From Scenedesmus sp. PABB004 (lineage: Eukaryota), in assembly GCA_014905635.1 (NCBI GenBank), contig JABVCE010000026.1:1-64000 (forward strand): 64,000 nucleotides of DNA. The letters are read 5' to 3'. The translations under genes and the position numbers were made by a program. Numbering within the stretch: position 1 is the stretch's first letter; each line of letters opens with the position of its first letter. Positions 61,204-64,000 of this stretch are shown here, piece after piece. The notes below the pieces were generated by a model. The model was not told the origin of the DNA, did not search any database, and saw only the letters and a program-made list of their open reading frames with translations.

Positions 61204-62184
61204 CTACTGCATGTAGCCGCTGTTGAGCTTGCAGCTCTGCATCTGCTCAAAGTACCTGCGCGGCGCGCGGCGGCGGCGGCGGCCGGCGCGTGAGCGCCCA
61301 GCGCCCCCGCCGCCCGCGCGCCTCCCGCCGCCCGCTGCTCCGCCCCGCACGCCGCACCACTGGCAGGCGCTCATGTCGCCGCCGCCGCGGCTCATGCACT
61401 CGGCAAAGGCCTTGGCCTGCGCGGAGCAGGGGCCCTCCGCCGCCGCGGGCGCCGCGGCGTACGCCTCGGGCGCGGCGGGCGCGGGCGCCTCGGCGTGGCC
61501 GCGCGGGCCCATGACCGCGTCCACCGCGCGGTGCGCCAGCGCGCTGCCCGTGCCCAGCGCGGCGCCTGCGGGGTGCGCGGGCGCGCGGCGGCGACGGCGT
61601 CAGGGCGGCGGCGGCGTCAGGGCGGCGGCGGCGTCAGGGCGGCGGCGGCGGCGGCGTCAGGAGGCTGCGAGGAGGCGGGGCTGCTGCCGCCGCCGCCGCT
61701 GCTGCTGCTGTCGCCGCCGCCCACGGGCGCGCCGCGGCGCCGCCGCAGCGCCCCGCTGCCCGCGGCGCCGCACCCTGCGCGACGCTGCCCATCAGGGCCG
61801 ACATGAAGCCGCCACCGCCCTGCTGGGGCATCGCCGGGGGCGGCGCCCCATGGTGGGCTGCGGGGCCGCGGAGCGGGCGGCGCGGGGGGCGGCGCGAGGC
61901 GGAGGTCGTTGGTGGCGGCCTGCCGGTGGGCCCGGGCGCGGCGCGGGCGCGCGGCGGGCCGCCATGGCGCGCAGGGCGCGGAGCCTTCTCGGCGCATCGC
62001 TCGCGATGCGGCTCCCAGATCCCTCGCCGCCGCTGCCCGCCGCGGCGCGTCCCGGGCGCGCCCTCGGCGGCGCCGGCCACCCACCCGCGGGCGCCGGCGG
62101 CGGCGCCTGGCGCTGCGGCTGCGGCGCAGCGGCGGGGCGCGCGGCGGGCCGGGGCCGGGGCGCGCTGGAGCGCGAGCGGGCCAT
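61204..62184 (-). CDS. CHCHD2/CHCHD10/Mix17-family twin CX9C mitochondrial protein
   Basis: MARSRSSAPRP.., GGFMSALMGSVAQG|AALGTGSALAHRAVDAVMG, PC-X9-C...ACQW|YFEQMQSC. Confidence 0.9.
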
Positions 62185-62651
62185 GCTGCCTGGCTGTGGT
62201 GCTGGGGAGCAACCGGCGCTGGTGTGCGGAGCGGCGGTGGGCGCGGTGGAGTCGTGGCGGCGCAGCGGTCCGTGGCTTTGACGGGGTTCACAAGCGTAGC
62301 GGGTCGCGACGAGGTTCAACATGCGTTGTACCAGCCAGAGAAAGGAGAGCCCTGGTCAAAAGAACAAGTCAGCCGCCTGCCGCACGCGGAGCCGACGGAC
62401 GACGACGTCGGGCGCGCGGCGCCGGCCGGCCGGCGGCGCTCGGCGGTGGCGCCGCGCCCTCGTCCCTGTGCTAGCCAGGCACGTCATTTGGTCGAGTCCC
62501 ACGCCCACGCATGTGTTCAGGGGACCGCCCCCTCATCCCCCGTCAGGAAGTGCAGATGGCCGCCGTGTGGGGGCGACCCGAAATGGGGTGCCGGCGCGAG
62601 CCGCGCCGCGCCGCGCGGCGCGGCGCGGCGCGGCGCGGCGCGGCGCGGCGC

Positions 62652-63626
62652 TCAGCCCTGCGTGCTGCCGCTGAGGCCGTGGGCGAGCGGCACCGCCATG
62701 CCCATCGCGAGGCTGCCGAGCACGCCGAGGCCCTCGCCCGCGACGCCGCTGCCGCCGCTGCCGCTGCCGGCGGCGCCGCCGGCGCCGGCGGCGCCGCCGC
62801 CCGACACGGCGTGGCCGCCCGACGCCGCGCCGGCGGGGCCCGCGCCGCCCGCGCCCGCGCCCGCGACGAGCGTGTTGAGCTGCTGCAGGCTGTTGCGCAG
62901 CTGGATGTTTTCGCGGTTCAGCCACGCGTTCTCGGCGATGCTCTGCTGCCACTTCTCGGTCAGGTCCTGGATCTGGCGCAGCATGTCGGCCTTTTCGAGC
63001 GTGAGCCCCTCCACCTGCTTGAGCAGCAGGTCGTTGTCGACGGCGAGCTTGGCCGCCTCGGTCTTGAGGCCGTCCATCTCCCGGTTGCGCCGCTCCCGGA
63101 TGCGCTTCTGGCTGTTGCGATTGATCTCGCGCCGCCGCCGCACGCGCTCCTCCTCGCTCGCGTCGTCCTTGCTCGTGCCCGTCGCCTCGGTCGCGGCCGC
63201 GGTCGCCGCGGCCGCGGCGGCCATCACGGCCGCGAGGTTGGCGTTGGCGTTGAAGCTGCGCGCGTGGTGCAGCTCCGCGAGCGTGCAGTTGAGGTCCAGC
63301 GCGCCCGCCGGCGGCAGCGCCGCGAGGCCGGCCGCGGCGCGGAGCGACGCCGCGCTGCCGCTGTCGCCGACGACGCCGCCCGCGCCGAGCGCCGCCGGGT
63401 GCACCAGCTCAGCGTCGTCGACCGCCGCGCTCGCGCGCCTGGGGGACCCGCTCTCGCACGCGTCGTCCTGCGAGGCGCGGCGCGCGCGGGGGCGCTCACG
63501 GGCCGCGCGCCGGCAGGCGCGCCGTGCGCCGCGCCCGCGTGTGCAGGCGCGCCGTGCGCCTGCAGGGGCGCCGTGCGCCGGGCCGAGCCGCACCTTGTAG
63601 TGCTGATCCCTCACGTCCGCGTCCAT
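62652..63626 (-). CDS. bZIP transcription factor (may have further 5' exons beyond the window)
   Basis: Basic region RRREINRNSQKRIRERR followed by a Leu heptad zipper; one intron after MDADVRDQHYK. Confidence 0.88.
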   Translation of the reverse strand: MDADVRDQHYKVRLGPAHGAPAGARRACTRGRGARRACRRAARERPRARRASQDDACESGSPRRASAAVDDAELVHPAALGAGGVVGDSGSAASLRAAAGLAALPPAGALDLNCTLAELHHARSFNANANLAAVMAAAAAATAAATEATGTSKDDASEEERVRRRREINRNSQKRIRERRNREMDGLKTEAAKLAVDNDLLLKQVEGLTLEKADMLRQIQDLTEKWQQSIAENAWLNRENIQLRNSLQQLNTLVAGAGAGGAGPAGAASGGHAVSGGGAAGAGGAAGSGSGGSGVAGEGLGVLGSLAMGMAVPLAHGLSGSTQG

Positions 63627-64000
63627 GGGGTGGGCGCAGCTGCCGTCCAGCGGCGCGGTCGCGCCGGCGCGCGACTGGTCGGGGCGGCGGCGGTGGCGGC
63701 GGCAACCGTTTCGGGGGGGGGGGGGGGGTCCCTGGCGCCGCGGCGGGGCCGTCGTTGCTCAGACGTTGAGCTCAGCACGCGGCGGCGCGCGCGCGGGGGC
63801 CCGGCGGCACGCTGCGCGCGGGCAGCCCGGCACATCAGCAGCGGGCTCGCCCGCGCCGCCCCGCCCCGCACGCGGCATGCCCGGCGGCGCGCTGGGTCGG
63901 CCCGGGCCAGGCACGCGTCCTCCACACCTGCTCAGGCGCGCGCCGTGGCTGTGCGGGCCAGGAGGGCAGTCGATGCGTCCGGGCAGCCAACTGCCCGCAC

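Overview
Left end of a nuclear chromosome from an extremely GC-rich (roughly 80% by eye) eukaryote. It is most plausibly a chlorophyte green alga (inference from the TTTAGGG-type telomere, plastid GPAT and GluTR-binding protein, SLBP, TGTAA poly(A) signals and many short introns with GTGCG/GTGAG donors). After about 235 bp of telomere there is under 1 kb of subtelomere, then about 23 densely packed spliced genes: ABHD18/DUF2048 hydrolase, gamma-CA-like, VPS25, NFS1, TTLL, ROMO1, tropinone-reductase-like SDR, Pgl-type lactonase, plastid GPAT, bestrophin, a secreted Cys-rich repeat protein, SLBP, a 4-TM protein, a coiled-coil protein, a coiled-coil/PTC7 phosphatase, a P450, GluTRBP, RPLP2, a GT2, an ARM-like protein, phage-type RNA polymerase, a CHCH protein and a bZIP. 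Most entries in the supplied ORF track are GC-content artefacts, so gene spans were rebuilt by hand-splicing and run from start to stop codon including introns. The most interesting observations are: a degenerate inverted copy of the Cys-rich surface-protein leader next to the telomere; at least 9 GC-AG introns with an AG|GCGCG donor; a P450 carrying a Glu at the CYP4 covalent-heme position; and a recent intron-retaining partial duplication of the GT2 gene. No database search was possible, so family calls rest on motif recognition.
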